The notes under the pieces: model-generated
The model's input: the letters and a program-made list of their open reading frames with translations, nothing else
Told to the model about the DNA's origin: nothing
Database searches by the model: none
Assembly (NCBI GenBank): GCA_021296535.1
Contig: JAGWAG010000012.1
Location: 10,152 to 50,604, forward strand
Reading direction: 5' to 3'
DNA length: 40,453 bases
Source of the DNA: Acidobacteriota bacterium
Lineage (GTDB): Bacteria > Acidobacteriota > Thermoanaerobaculia > Multivoradales > Multivoraceae
Position numbers and translations under genes: made by a program
In this document: piece by piece, positions 1-10,200 of the stretch
How the letters are laid out: every line of letters starts with the position of its first letter
Numbering within the stretch: the first letter of the stretch is position 1

Positions 1-1872
1 CGGGCTCGGCCGGACCGAGAACTCGAAGTCGAGGCCTCGGATGCGGGCGTTGGCCGCGTTCTCGACCACCGAACGATCCGGGTAGAGCACGGCCACTTGG
101 AGGTCGTCGTAGTCGTAGTGGAAAGCCGCTGCGTTGATGCGCACCTTCCGGTCGGCAACGGAGGACTTGATGCCGATTTCGAAACTGGTGACGGTCTCCT
201 CGTCGAAAGCGGGCTGGAGCGAAAGTGAGTTGTAACCGCCGCTCTTGTAACCGGCGGTCAACGCCCCGTACAGCATCACGTCGTCGCTGGGGCGAATCTC
301 GAGGCCCAGCTTGGGGGTCAGCGCGCTCCAACTGTCCTTCAGGACCTGAAGCTCCGGCAGGAAGGTCTGGAAATTGAGAGCGGCCTGGTCGTTCTCCTTC
401 TCGTCGGCGGTATAGCGCGCTCCGGTGGTCAGCGTGAGGCGGTCGCTCAGGTGCCAGTCGACCTGGCCGTACGCGGCGTAGAGTGACGAGTCGAGGTTCG
501 TCTCGAACGGCAGCGGCGTCACGACTCCGGGCAGGGGCAGGCCGAGGAAAGGCGCCACGGCGTTGTAATAGTTCGGCCCGCACAGGAACGGAGGCGCCAG
601 GATGCCGAGAGAGCAGTAGTTCGTCGGGTCGAACAGGAACGTCTGCGGACTGTTCGCGAACAGCCAGACGCCGAGCAAGGCCGTGTCGGTGATGTTGTCG
701 AGCTGTGTTCGGCTCTCCTCGCTGAAGGCGTACGCCCCGGCCACCCAGTTGGCACGCTCGTTGGCGCCATGGAACTGGAATTCCTGAGACCACCACTGGG
801 ATCCGAAGGTGCCCGAGTTGGTGATGAAGGCGTTGGGAGAAGCGTCGATGTCCGTGTCGCGCATCGAATCGAACTCACGCCAACTGCTGATCGACGTGAA
901 GCTCGTGCCGCCCGCCATCGCCTTGTTCACGTTCAGCGAGAAGCCGGACTCTTCGTAGCGTGACGCAGGCGTGGTGTCCGTGGAGATGCGGTGGATGTCG
1001 TCCGGGTCGGAGTAGCCGTAGAAACGGTTCAGGGTCCCCACTGTGCTGTAGGGGGACACGTCGAACGGCTTGAAGGGAAAGTTCGCGTGCGCATCGTCGT
1101 CCGTGCTGTCGGCCCGAATCGTGAAGGTCAGGGAGTCCGAGGGCAGGAAGGTGAGCGCGCTCCGGAGCGTCACGCCGTCGAAGTTGTCGGCGCTGGCGTC
1201 CAGGAAGTCGTTGTAGGTGGGGTCCTCGACCTGGGCGGTGGCGCCGGTGAAGCGTGCCCAGACCTTCCCCGACACGGGACCGGTGAGCGTCAGACCGTAG
1301 CGGCGTCCCTCGGCCGACTCGCTGGAGTCGAACTCGGAGAGGGATGTGAAGAGGCGCCCATGGAATTCGCTCTCCGGCGCCCGGGTGATCACGTTGACCG
1401 CCCCGGCAGTCGAGTTCCGTCCCCAGAGCGTGCCTTGGGGGCCGCGCAGGACCTCGATTCGCTCCAGGTCGAGGAATGGGTTCACCGCCGCCTGCGGCCG
1501 CGGCATGTAGATGCCGTCCACGTAGTAGCCGACCGTCGGCTCGGTGCCGATGCCGAGCGTGCTCGAGCCGATGCCGCGGATGTAGATGGCGACTTCGCCC
1601 GTGGTCGGGCTCTGGCCCGAGATGACGACGCCGGGGGCGGCCTCCGCCAAGGCGTGGATATCGCCGATCGCCTGCCGCTCAAGTTCCTCGCCCGAACGGG
1701 TGACGATCGAGATCGGCACGTCCTGGATCGCCTCCTCGACGCGTTGGGCGGTGACCGTGATCTCGTCGGTGACGGTCGAATCCGGCTCATCCGGTTCCTG
1801 CGCGACCGCGCCGATGGCGACGAGCGGCAACAGGGCGCAGACGACCAACGGGGCGACAGGAGTAGAGCGCAT
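1..1872 (-). CDS. TonB-dependent outer membrane receptor (3' end runs off the left edge)
   Basis: Not in the ORF track because it has no stop inside the window; translated by hand from ATG at 1872. Signal peptide MRSTPVAPLVVCALLPLVAIGAVA, TonB-box-like DEITVTAQR, plug motifs IYIRGIG, VGYYVDG and LERIEVLRGPQGTLWGRNSTAGAVNVIT, then barrel strands (YAAYGQVDW, GYKSGGYN, FEIGIK). Confidence 0.93.
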   Translation of the reverse strand, partial: MRSTPVAPLVVCALLPLVAIGAVAQEPDEPDSTVTDEITVTAQRVEEAIQDVPISIVTRSGEELERQAIGDIHALAEAAPGVVISGQSPTTGEVAIYIRGIGSSTLGIGTEPTVGYYVDGIYMPRPQAAVNPFLDLERIEVLRGPQGTLWGRNSTAGAVNVITRAPESEFHGRLFTSLSEFDSSESAEGRRYGLTLTGPVSGKVWARFTGATAQVEDPTYNDFLDASADNFDGVTLRSALTFLPSDSLTFTIRADSTDDDAHANFPFKPFDVSPYSTVGTLNRFYGYSDPDDIHRISTDTTPASRYEESGFSLNVNKAMAGGTSFTSISSWREFDSMRDTDIDASPNAFITNSGTFGSQWWSQEFQFHGANERANWVAGAYAFSEESRTQLDNITDTALLGVWLFANSPQTFLFDPTNYCSLGILAPPFLCGPNYYNAVAPFLGLPLPGVVTPLPFETNLDSSLYAAYGQVDWHLSDRLTLTTGARYTADEKENDQAALNFQTFLPELQVLKDSWSALTPKLGLEIRPSDDVMLYGALTAGYKSGGYNSLSLQPAFDEETVTSFEIGIKSSVADRKVRINAAAFHYDYDDLQVAVLYPDRSVVENAANARIRGLDFEFSVRPSP

Positions 1873-2014
1873 GTGCGGGTACCTTTCGAGACTCTGGGCC
1901 GGCGCGCCTGGAACCTCGCGTTCGTAGATTGTCTGAAGATCTCAGGCTACAACAAACGGGACTACGGGCGGGAGGTCGTCCAGGTTGCGGGTGGCCGGCA
2001 TCGGCTCCCTGCCG

Positions 2015-2020
2015 TAGACT
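2015..2020 (+). promoter_or_regulatory. Putative -10 hexamer TAGACT, 7 nt upstream of the GTG start (leaderless-type)
   Basis: TAGACT-cccggcg-GTG, with no SD; the same arrangement recurs at several genes in the window. Confidence 0.5.
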
Positions 2021-2027
2021 CCCGGCG

Positions 2028-3320
2028 GTGTTCGCAGCGTCTTCTTACGATCTGATCGTGATCGGCGCCGGCCCGGGCGGCTCGGCGGCCGCGGCGATTG
2101 CGGCCCGCGGGGGCCTGCGCACGTTGCTGCTCGAGCGGGAACCCGTGCCGACCTTCAAGATCGGCGAGTCCCTGATGCCGGACACGCACGGCGTGTTCGA
2201 GAAGATGGGGGCGCTGGAGCGGATGAAGAGCAGCCACTTCGTGGAGAAGCACTCGGTGCAGTTCTTCACCAGGACGGGCAAGGCGTCCATGCCGTTCTAC
2301 TTCGAGAAGGAAAGGCCGGGAGACGACAGCGCCCGGACCTGGCAGGTGCGCCGCTCGGAGTTCGATCAGCTCCTGATGGAGACGGCCGCCGGGCAGGGCG
2401 CCGAAGTACACCGCGGGGTCAACGTCCGGGACGTGCTCTTCGAGGACGGTCGGGCGCTCGGCGTACGCGTCACGGCCGCGGACAGCGGGGGCCCAGTGGA
2501 GCTCGTGAGCCGGGTCGTCATCGACGCCACCGGCCAGAGCGCGTTGCTGGCACGACGGCTCGACCTGGGCCGTGTGGACTACGGCCTGCGACACGCCTCG
2601 ATCTACACCCATTTCCGCGGCGCGATCCGGGACGAGGGGAAGGACGAGGGCGCGACCCTGATCCTGCACACGGAGTCCGGCGAATGCTGGTTCTGGTACA
2701 TCCCGCTGGCCGGGGATGTGGTCAGCGTCGGGGTCGTCGGACCGATGGATGCCCTGGTTCGAAACCGTGACGGCAGACCGCACGAGATCTTCTTCGAGGA
2801 AGTCGGGAACTGTGCGGAGATCGAACGCCGGATCGCTCCAGCCCACCAGTGCCGTCCGGTGTCCGTGATGAAGGACTTCTCCTATCGGATCGACAAGATG
2901 GCGGGTGACGGCTGGATCGCGATCGGCGACGCGTTCTCCTTCATCGACCCCGTGTACTCGTCCGGCGTGTTCCTGGCTCTCAAGTCCGGCGAGATGGCGG
3001 CGGAAGCGTCGATCGATGCGATCGCCGCCGGTGATGTCTCGGGTGAACGGCTGGGAGCGTTCCAGCCACTTCTGATGCGCGGCGTCGAGGCGGTACGTCA
3101 GTTGGTCAATGTCTTCTACGACCCGAACTTCAGCGTCGGTTCGTTTCTGCGGCTGTATCCCCAGCACCAGAGCAAGGTGACTCGCATCCTGATCGGCGAC
3201 GTGTTCGAAGTGGATTTCACCTCCATGTTCGAGGACATGGCGGCGTTCGCCGCGGCCGGGGGCGGCAAGACCGTTCCGCCGGCGGTGGACCAAATGGCCC
3301 GGGCCGCACCCGCGTCCTGA
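2028..3320 (+). CDS. Flavin-dependent halogenase-like NAD(P)/FAD-dependent oxidoreductase (Trp_halogenase/geranylgeranyl reductase superfamily)
   Basis: YDLIVIGAGPGG FAD motif, KIGESL, FVEKHSVQF (position of the halogenase Lys), WFWYIP (WxWxIP), GDAFSFIDPVYSSGV. Start moved from the track's 1929 to GTG 2028, just before the Rossmann motif. Confidence 0.85.
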   Translation: MFAASSYDLIVIGAGPGGSAAAAIAARGGLRTLLLEREPVPTFKIGESLMPDTHGVFEKMGALERMKSSHFVEKHSVQFFTRTGKASMPFYFEKERPGDDSARTWQVRRSEFDQLLMETAAGQGAEVHRGVNVRDVLFEDGRALGVRVTAADSGGPVELVSRVVIDATGQSALLARRLDLGRVDYGLRHASIYTHFRGAIRDEGKDEGATLILHTESGECWFWYIPLAGDVVSVGVVGPMDALVRNRDGRPHEIFFEEVGNCAEIERRIAPAHQCRPVSVMKDFSYRIDKMAGDGWIAIGDAFSFIDPVYSSGVFLALKSGEMAAEASIDAIAAGDVSGERLGAFQPLLMRGVEAVRQLVNVFYDPNFSVGSFLRLYPQHQSKVTRILIGDVFEVDFTSMFEDMAAFAAAGGGKTVPPAVDQMARAAPAS

Positions 3321-3352
3321 CCGGCGTCTGAACGGGGAACGAGGCGGAGTCC

Positions 3353-3637
3353 ATGGCGACGACGGCGACTCGGCGGCTGGCGTACGCGACCCTGGCCGTC
3401 CTGTACCTGCTCCACAACGACCTCTGGTTCTGGTACGACGGAGACCGGTTCCTCGGGCTGCCGATCGGATTGACGTACCACCTCCTCTTCGCTGGCGCGG
3501 TCGTGCTGACCATGGCATGGCTGGTTCGTAGCGCCTGGCCGGTCGCCGAACTCGATCGCCTGGCGACCGGCTCCGGCTCGGCGCAAGCCGCGAACGGCGG
3601 TGAACGCGAGGCCAGGGCTCCCGAGGCCAAGGGATGA
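3353..3637 (+). CDS. Small two-TM membrane protein, DUF3311-like (symporter accessory subunit)
   Basis: LYLLHNDLWFW...LGLPIGLTYH pattern, two hydrophobic helices, SD GGAG, ATGA overlap with the SSS gene. Confidence 0.75.
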   Translation: MATTATRRLAYATLAVLYLLHNDLWFWYDGDRFLGLPIGLTYHLLFAGAVVLTMAWLVRSAWPVAELDRLATGSGSAQAANGGEREARAPEAKG

Positions 3638-5091
3638 CCCTCACGATCATCCTCGGCTATCTGCTGGCCGTGCTCCTGATCGGTGCGTGGAGCAGCCGGC
3701 GCCTGGCCGCAACGGGCGAGGACTTCTTCGTCGCCGGACGGACGATCGGTCCCTTCGTGCTCCTGATGACCCTGTTCGGCACCCACATGACGTCCTTCGC
3801 CTTGCTCGGCGCGTCGGCGGAGTCGTACCGGGTCGGGATCGGTGTGTTCTCCCTGATGGCGTCGTCCTCGGCGTTGATGGTGCCTATCGTGTTCTTCTTC
3901 GTCGGCACCCGGGTCTGGGCGGTCGGCAGCCGCCTGGGGCTTCTGACCCAGGTTCAGTTCGTTCGCGCCCGCTGGGGCTCCGACGGGGTCGGCCTGCTGC
4001 TGTTCGTCGTCCTCGTCGTGCTGCTGGCCCCCTACCTGCTGATCGGCGTGATGGGCGGCGGCATCACGCTCCAGCAGATCACCGACGGCGCCGCGCCGCC
4101 GTGGCTGGGCAGCTTGCTCATCTGCGGCGTCGTGATCGGCTACGTGACGAGCGGCGGTCTGCGCGGAACGGCCTGGGTGAACACCTTCCAGACCGGGATG
4201 TTCATGGTGCTCGGCGCCGTCACCGCGATCCTGATCGTCACGAAGCTGGGCGGCGTCGGCGCGGCGCTCGACCGGGTGGCCGCGAGCCGGCCGGATCTGC
4301 TGATTCGAGGCGACGCGATCGACCCGCTGCGGCTGCTCAGCTACACCCTGATCCCGTTGTCGGTGGGCACCTTTCCTCACATCTTCTCGCACTGGCTCTC
4401 CGCCCGGCAGGCGGCGACCTTCAAGGCCCCGATCGTGCTCTACCCGGTGTGTATCGCCGTGGTATGGATCCCGAGCGTGTTGTTGGGCGTGTTCGGGAAC
4501 ATCGACTTTCCGGGGCTCGAGGGGCCGGCGTCCAACTCCGTCCTGATTCGGATGATCGCCCTCTACACTCCCGATCTGCTCGCCGGGTTGCTCGGCGCCG
4601 GCGTCTTCGCCGCGATCATGTCGTCGCTCGACTCACAGTCGCTCTCCCTGGGCACGATGTTCACCCAGGACATCGTGCGCCACTACCGTTGGGGTGGCGA
4701 GCTCAGCGAGTCCCGCCAGATTCTGCTGGGCCGGCTGTTCGTCGTGGGCGTGGTGGCGGCCGTTTTCCTCGTTTCCCTGGTCGCTGAACGGAGCATCTTC
4801 GCGCTCTCGGTGTGGTCCTTCACCGGCTTTGCGTCGCTGTTGCCTGTCGTCATAGCAGCCCTCTACTGGCGTCGCAGCACGGCCACCGGCGCCGCCGCTG
4901 CGATCGTCACCGTGATCGTCCTCTGGATCTGGTTCTTTGTTCGCGGGGTCGGTCAGCCGGACTACAGCGTGGGCGGGACCGGCGTGATGCCGGTGGCGGT
5001 CATCTTCGCCGGCTCGGTCGCGGCGCTGGCTATCGGTTCCCTGCTCAGCAAACCGCCCGGTACCGAGCGGGTGGCGCGCTTTATCCCATGA
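3634..5091 (+). CDS. Sodium:solute symporter (SSS) family protein
   Basis: EDFFVAGRTIG, GGLRGTAWVNTFQ, FAAIMSSLDSQ and ALYWRR motifs; about 13 hydrophobic segments. Confidence 0.92.
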   Translation: MTLTIILGYLLAVLLIGAWSSRRLAATGEDFFVAGRTIGPFVLLMTLFGTHMTSFALLGASAESYRVGIGVFSLMASSSALMVPIVFFFVGTRVWAVGSRLGLLTQVQFVRARWGSDGVGLLLFVVLVVLLAPYLLIGVMGGGITLQQITDGAAPPWLGSLLICGVVIGYVTSGGLRGTAWVNTFQTGMFMVLGAVTAILIVTKLGGVGAALDRVAASRPDLLIRGDAIDPLRLLSYTLIPLSVGTFPHIFSHWLSARQAATFKAPIVLYPVCIAVVWIPSVLLGVFGNIDFPGLEGPASNSVLIRMIALYTPDLLAGLLGAGVFAAIMSSLDSQSLSLGTMFTQDIVRHYRWGGELSESRQILLGRLFVVGVVAAVFLVSLVAERSIFALSVWSFTGFASLLPVVIAALYWRRSTATGAAAAIVTVIVLWIWFFVRGVGQPDYSVGGTGVMPVAVIFAGSVAALAIGSLLSKPPGTERVARFIP

Positions 5092-6425
5092 CCGGCACCG
5101 ACCAGCCCCTACGAATCGCCTACCTGGCGGCAGGCGCCGGCGGCATGATCTGCGGAAGTTGCATTCACGACAACGCCCTCGTGCGCGCGCTCCAGCAACG
5201 AGGCCACAACGCGGTCCTGCTGCCGATCTACACGCCGCTGAGGACCGACGAGGAGAACGTCAGCTACGGCAGAGTCTTCTATGGCGCGGTGAACATCTAC
5301 CTGGAGCAGAAGCTGCCGCTCTGGAGCCGGGCGCCCGTGGGTCTGCGCCGGCTGCTGGACAATCCGCGTCTCCTGGCGCGAGTGACGCGTTCCGCGGCAG
5401 CGACGGACGCCCGCGAGCTGGGGGAACTGGCCCTCTCCATGGTGCGCGGCGAGGCGGGACGCCAGCTCGCGGAGCTCCAGGGTCTCGCCAAGTGGCTCGG
5501 GGACGAGTTCCAGCCCGATGTCGTTCACCTGACGAACTCCATGCTCCTGGGCATGGTCCACCACCTTCGCGAAGTGCTGCCTCGAGCGCTCATCGTTTGC
5601 GGCCTCCAGGGCGAGGACATTTTCCTCGAGGACCTGGAGGACCCCCACAGGTCGGAGGTCCTTGCCGAAATGCGGACCCGGGTTCGCGAGGTCGACGTCC
5701 TCGTCGCGCCGAACGAGTACTACGCGGCGACGATGACCAAGCTGCTCGACCTGCCGCCGTCCCGCATCGACGTAGCCCGTCTCGGGATCGACCTCGAAGG
5801 TCACGGAAACCGCACCGCGGAACCCGCGGAGTCGCCGCTGATCATGGGGTACCTGGCCCGGATGTGTCCCGAGAAGGGCTTCCATCTCGCGGCTGAGGCG
5901 TTCAAGGAACTGAGCGATCGTCTCGGGCCCGGGCGCGTCCGCTTCCGTGCCGCGGGCTACCTGGGAGGCCGCGATCGGGTGTACTTCGAACTCCAGCGGC
6001 GGCGCATCGCCGACTGGGGCCTGGAACCCCACTTCGAGTGGCTCGGCGAGGTGGACCGGCAGCAGAAGATCGATCTCCTTCACGGTGTGCACGTGCTCGT
6101 CCTGCCGACGGTCTACCGGGAGGCGAAGGGATTGCCGGCGCTCGAGGCAATGGCGAACGGCGTACCGGCCGTTCTGCCCGACCACGGCGCGTTTCCCGAG
6201 ATGCTCGAGATGACCGGAGGCGGCACGCTGGTGCCGGCCGGCGACGTGTCGGCGTTGGCGAGCGCGGTCGAGGAGTTGGGCTCCGATGCGGATCGCAGGG
6301 CCCAGCTCGGGCGCTCGGGCCTCCAGGGCGTGCGGAGGCACTACACAGCCCAGTTGATGGCCTCAGACACGCTCGCGTCGTACCGCCGGGGCCTGAGTCG
6401 ACGAGCGGCGGGTGCCGCTACCTGA
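5088..6425 (+). CDS. Glycosyltransferase family 4 (GT-B) with an N-terminal CGSC motif
   Basis: ATG 5088 overlaps the SSS stop (ATGA); LRIAYLAAGAGGMICGSCIHDN, YLARMCPEKG, EAKGLPALEAMANGVP (E-x7-E). Confidence 0.9.
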   Translation: MTGTDQPLRIAYLAAGAGGMICGSCIHDNALVRALQQRGHNAVLLPIYTPLRTDEENVSYGRVFYGAVNIYLEQKLPLWSRAPVGLRRLLDNPRLLARVTRSAAATDARELGELALSMVRGEAGRQLAELQGLAKWLGDEFQPDVVHLTNSMLLGMVHHLREVLPRALIVCGLQGEDIFLEDLEDPHRSEVLAEMRTRVREVDVLVAPNEYYAATMTKLLDLPPSRIDVARLGIDLEGHGNRTAEPAESPLIMGYLARMCPEKGFHLAAEAFKELSDRLGPGRVRFRAAGYLGGRDRVYFELQRRRIADWGLEPHFEWLGEVDRQQKIDLLHGVHVLVLPTVYREAKGLPALEAMANGVPAVLPDHGAFPEMLEMTGGGTLVPAGDVSALASAVEELGSDADRRAQLGRSGLQGVRRHYTAQLMASDTLASYRRGLSRRAAGAAT

Positions 6426-6440
6426 GCCGGTCAGGAACTT

Positions 6441-6478
6441 GCGCGGCAGAAACTGGGGGCGCCGGCCGTCTGGCCGGC
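6441..6478 (+). repeat. REP-like palindromic repeat, copy A
   Basis: gcgcggcagaaactgggggcgccggccgtctggccggc matches 36155..36192 at 34 of 38 positions; hairpin gccggcc-gtct-ggccggc. Confidence 0.8.
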
Positions 6479-6483
6479 CGCGC

Positions 6484-6489
6484 TAGCAT
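6484..6489 (+). promoter_or_regulatory. Putative -10 hexamer TAGCAT, 9 nt upstream of the ATG
   Basis: TAGCAT-ctcgccgcg-ATG, no SD. Confidence 0.4.
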
Positions 6490-6498
6490 CTCGCCGCG

Positions 6499-7200
6499 AT
6501 GACTGACGCGCTCCACTTCGATTCCGTCACGAAGTCCTACGAGACGGAGGCCGGGGTCGTCGAGGTCCTGCGGGGCATCTCGGTGGCGCTGGGCGCGGGG
6601 GAGGCTATGGCGGTAACCGGTCCCTCGGGCAGTGGCAAGAGCACTCTCCTGCACCTCGCCGCGACGCTCGAGGCGCCGACGTCCGGCAGCATCCGGATTG
6701 CGGGCCAGGCCGCCCACGACTTACCCGAACGGGAACTGGCGGCGTTTCGTAGCCGGAGTGTCGGCCTGGTGTTCCAGGATCACTATCTGCTGCCGCAGTA
6801 CACGATGCTGCAGAACGTACTTCTTCCTACCGTGGCCGCTGGTGGCGGCGGGGACGGAGGAGAGGAGCGGGCCCGGAGCCTGCTCCAGGCCGTCGGCCTC
6901 GGTACGCGCATCGACCACCGACCAGCGCAGCTCTCGGGGGGAGAGAGGCAGCGAGCGGCCATCGTGCGCGCACTGATCAACCGGCCGAGTCTGCTCCTTT
7001 GCGACGAACCGACCGGCAACCTGGACGCGGAGACCGCCACGTCCGTGGCCGACCTGCTCCTCGACCTCCACGCCGAAGGCGACAGCGCCCTGATCGTGGT
7101 CACTCACAGTCTGGAGCTGGCCGCGCGCCTGCCGCGGCAGGTAGAGCTGCGGGGAGGACTGCTCAGCGAAGCGCCGCCACGACAGGCGGCCGGAGGCTGA
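6499..7200 (+). CDS. ABC transporter ATP-binding protein (LolD/MacB-type)
   Basis: Walker A GPSGSGKST, Q-loop VFQ, signature LSGGERQR, Walker B LLCDEPTGNLD, H-loop VTH. Confidence 0.95.
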   Translation: MTDALHFDSVTKSYETEAGVVEVLRGISVALGAGEAMAVTGPSGSGKSTLLHLAATLEAPTSGSIRIAGQAAHDLPERELAAFRSRSVGLVFQDHYLLPQYTMLQNVLLPTVAAGGGGDGGEERARSLLQAVGLGTRIDHRPAQLSGGERQRAAIVRALINRPSLLLCDEPTGNLDAETATSVADLLLDLHAEGDSALIVVTHSLELAARLPRQVELRGGLLSEAPPRQAAGG

Positions 7201-7204
7201 AGCC

Positions 7205-10200
7205 GTGAGTGCGGCCAGGCCCGGCGGACCCCTGCCCAGTCTGCGGCACTACTGGCGCTCCAACGTCGCCGTCGTGCTGACTGCCGCCGTCGCGGCGTCC
7301 GTGCTCACCGGCGCCCTGATGGTTGGCGACTCGGTGCGAGGAAGCCTGCGCGACCTGACCCTGGACCGGCTCGGCGGTATCGACCATGCCCTGCTCGGCG
7401 CCGGTTTCTTTCGGGAGGGCTTGCGGGACGAGCTGGCGGAGGATTCAGAGTTCGGGTCCCGCTACGGGTTGGTATCGGCGGCAATCCTGATGCAGGGGAG
7501 CATGGTGGACCCCGAGAGCGGCCGGCGCGCCGCGCGGATCAACGTCCAGGGGATCGACGACGCCTTTGCCGCGTTCTTCCGGGGCACCGAAGAGGCTCTC
7601 GACCTGTCCCGGCGCGACGGTCAACTGTTCGCGTCGATCGCGGTCAACCGATCGCTCGCCTCGTCTCTTGCGGTCGACGAGGGCGACTCCGTTCTGCTCT
7701 ACCTGGAACGGCCGAGTGAAGCCCCGCGCGCCAGCCTGATGGGAGAAAAGGACCCCGCGGACCAGTTGGAGAGCGTGCGGCTCAGCGTGGTGTCGGTGCT
7801 GGAAGACGTCGGCGCGGGTCGGTTCCAACTCGCCCCGCACCAGAGCCAGCCGCTGGTTGCCTATCTCCGCCTGCGCGACCTCCAGCGGGAACTCGATCGC
7901 CGCAACCTCGCCAACACGTTGCTGGTGGGGGAACGAGCGAGGACCGGTTCCGGCCCGGTGGCTGACCCGGAGGCTGACCCGGAGGCCTCGGCAGCCGATG
8001 TCGAGCGCCGCATCCGTTCCCAGGCCGAAGTGGCCGATTTCGGGCTCACCCTCGAGGCGACGGACGATCACCTGCTCGTGACGACATCCCAGATCATTCT
8101 CGGTGCCGAGTTGGCCCGGGAAGTTCAGGCCGCGGCCTCGGAGGTTGGCGCGGAGACGATCGAAGTCTCGACCTATCTGGCCAATCGGGCCGCGGCCGAC
8201 AGCGGCGCGGCCGCTCCGTACTCGACGATCACGGCACTTGATGTGGCCCGCGCTGGTGAAATTGGCGTCCTGCGTCTGACGGACGGCCGACCGGCTCCCG
8301 GGCTCGGGCGTGGTGAAGTGCTGGTCAATTCGTTCCTGGCCGAAGATCTCGCGGTCGGAGCGGGCGACCGGCTGGCAATCGACTACTTCCAGCTTGGCGA
8401 CCGGGAGCAGTTGATCGAACAGACCGTCGAGACCACGGTGGCCGGGGTCGTCGAGATGAGGGATTGGGGCGTCGACCGAACGCTGACACCGGACTTTCCC
8501 GGCGTCGCCGACGCGGACAACATGAGCGACTGGGATCCGACCTTCCCGGTCGATCTGAGCCGGATACGGGATCAGGACGAGGCCTACTGGGACGAGTTCC
8601 GCGCCACCCCCAAGCTCTTCGTCGGTCTGGACTACGGCGCCGGGCTCTGGTCGAGCCGGTTCGGCCACCTGACCTCCCTGCGACTTCTGCCGCCGACGGG
8701 CATGACACCGGCGGAGCTCCGGGAGACGCTCGAAGAAGGGTTGCCGGACCGGGTCGCGCTCCACGCGGCAGGCCTCGCGGTGGAGCCGGTCAAGGCCAGG
8801 GGCCTGCGCGGCGCCGCGGGGGCAACGGACTTCGGCGGCCTCTTCGTGGGTTTCAGCCTCTTTCTCATCGTGTCGGCGGCGTTGCTGGTGGGGCTCTTCT
8901 TCCGCCTGGGAACGGAGGGCCGCGCGAACGAGATGGGACTTCTGCTGGCGCTTGGCTACGGTGTCGTGCGGGTCCGGCGCCGCTTCCTGGTCGAGGGGGC
9001 CCTGCTGGGCGGCGGCGGCGTGATTCTCGGCCTGGCCGGTGCGGTGCTCTATGCCGGCGCGATGATGGCCGCACTGCGGACCCTGTGGCGCTCCGCGGTC
9101 GGCTCGAGTCACCTCTATCTGCACGTCGAACCCCTGACGCTGGTGTCGGGCGGCGCGGCATCCGTTCTGGTCGTGCTGTTCGCGATCCGGGGCGCCGTCG
9201 GTCGCCTTGCCGCGGTCTCGCCGATCCGGCTGCTGCGCGGAGAGACATCGGATCCGCCGCCTGCCGCCCGCGCAAAGGGGCGACGGGCCCGATGGACCGC
9301 GAGCGTCGGCGGCGGGATCGCCGCGGTGCTTCTCGGCGCCTCAGCGGCGGCGCCGGCGTCCATCGCTGCCTACCTGTTCTTCGGCGGCGGCGCCTGCCTC
9401 CTGATCGCCGGCCTGGCGGGTTTTGTGCTCTGGCTCCGGAAGCGTCCGGCGGCGCCGCTCGAGAGCTGGTCCTTGCGGGCCGGTTCAAGGATGGCCGCGG
9501 CCAACGCGTCCCTGAATCCGGGCCGGAGTCTGCTCTGTGCGGCCCTGGTAGCCAGCGCATCGTTCGTGATCGTCGCCGTCGGCGCCTACGGTTTGCGCTT
9601 CGGCGAGGAAACACGCGCCCTGGACTCGGGCGCCGGCGGCTTCGACCTGGTAGCGGAGGCGGACGTTTCGATTCTGGCCGATCTCACCACGGTGGATGGC
9701 CGGTACGATCTGGGTTTCGGGGAAGAGGCGTCCACGCTCATCGGACAGAGCCAGGTTGTCGCCTTCCGGACCGTGCCCGGCGACGACATCAGTTGCCTGA
9801 ACCTCTTCCAGCCGGAACGACCGCGGTTGCTGGGAGCGCCACCGGAGTTGATCGAGCGGGGCGGCTTCAGGTTCCAGGCGCTCGCGGAGAACGCGGGGGA
9901 TGAGCCTTGGAGACTGCTGGAAGAGGATCTCGGGCCGGGAGTCATTCCCGCGATCGGCGACTTCAACTCGGTCATGTGGATCCTGCACTCGGGGCTGGGG
10001 CAGGGGATCGAGATCGAAACCGAACGCGGAGACACCCTGGAACTCAGGCTGGTCGGGCTGCTTCGCAAGAGCGTCTTCCAGAGCGAGCTGGTGATCTCCG
10101 AAGCGAACCTGGCGAAGCACTTCCCGAGCCGCACCGGTGCCTCCTACTTCCTGCTGCGGACGCCGCCGGGCGAGCAGGACCGCACGATGCAGGAACTGGA

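Noticed and set aside
1920-1955. Imperfect palindrome (ctgaagatctcag) between the TBDR and the halogenase gene as an operator
   Set aside because: Short, single copy, and no cognate transcription factor gene nearby.
991-2055. 354-aa plus-strand ORF and the many other long antisense or alternate-frame ORFs (e.g. 1962..3650, 7445..9124, 14459..15958, 18286..19755)
   Set aside because: They overlap well-supported genes, are Arg/Pro/Gly-rich or mirror-codon sequences, and show no recognisable motifs.
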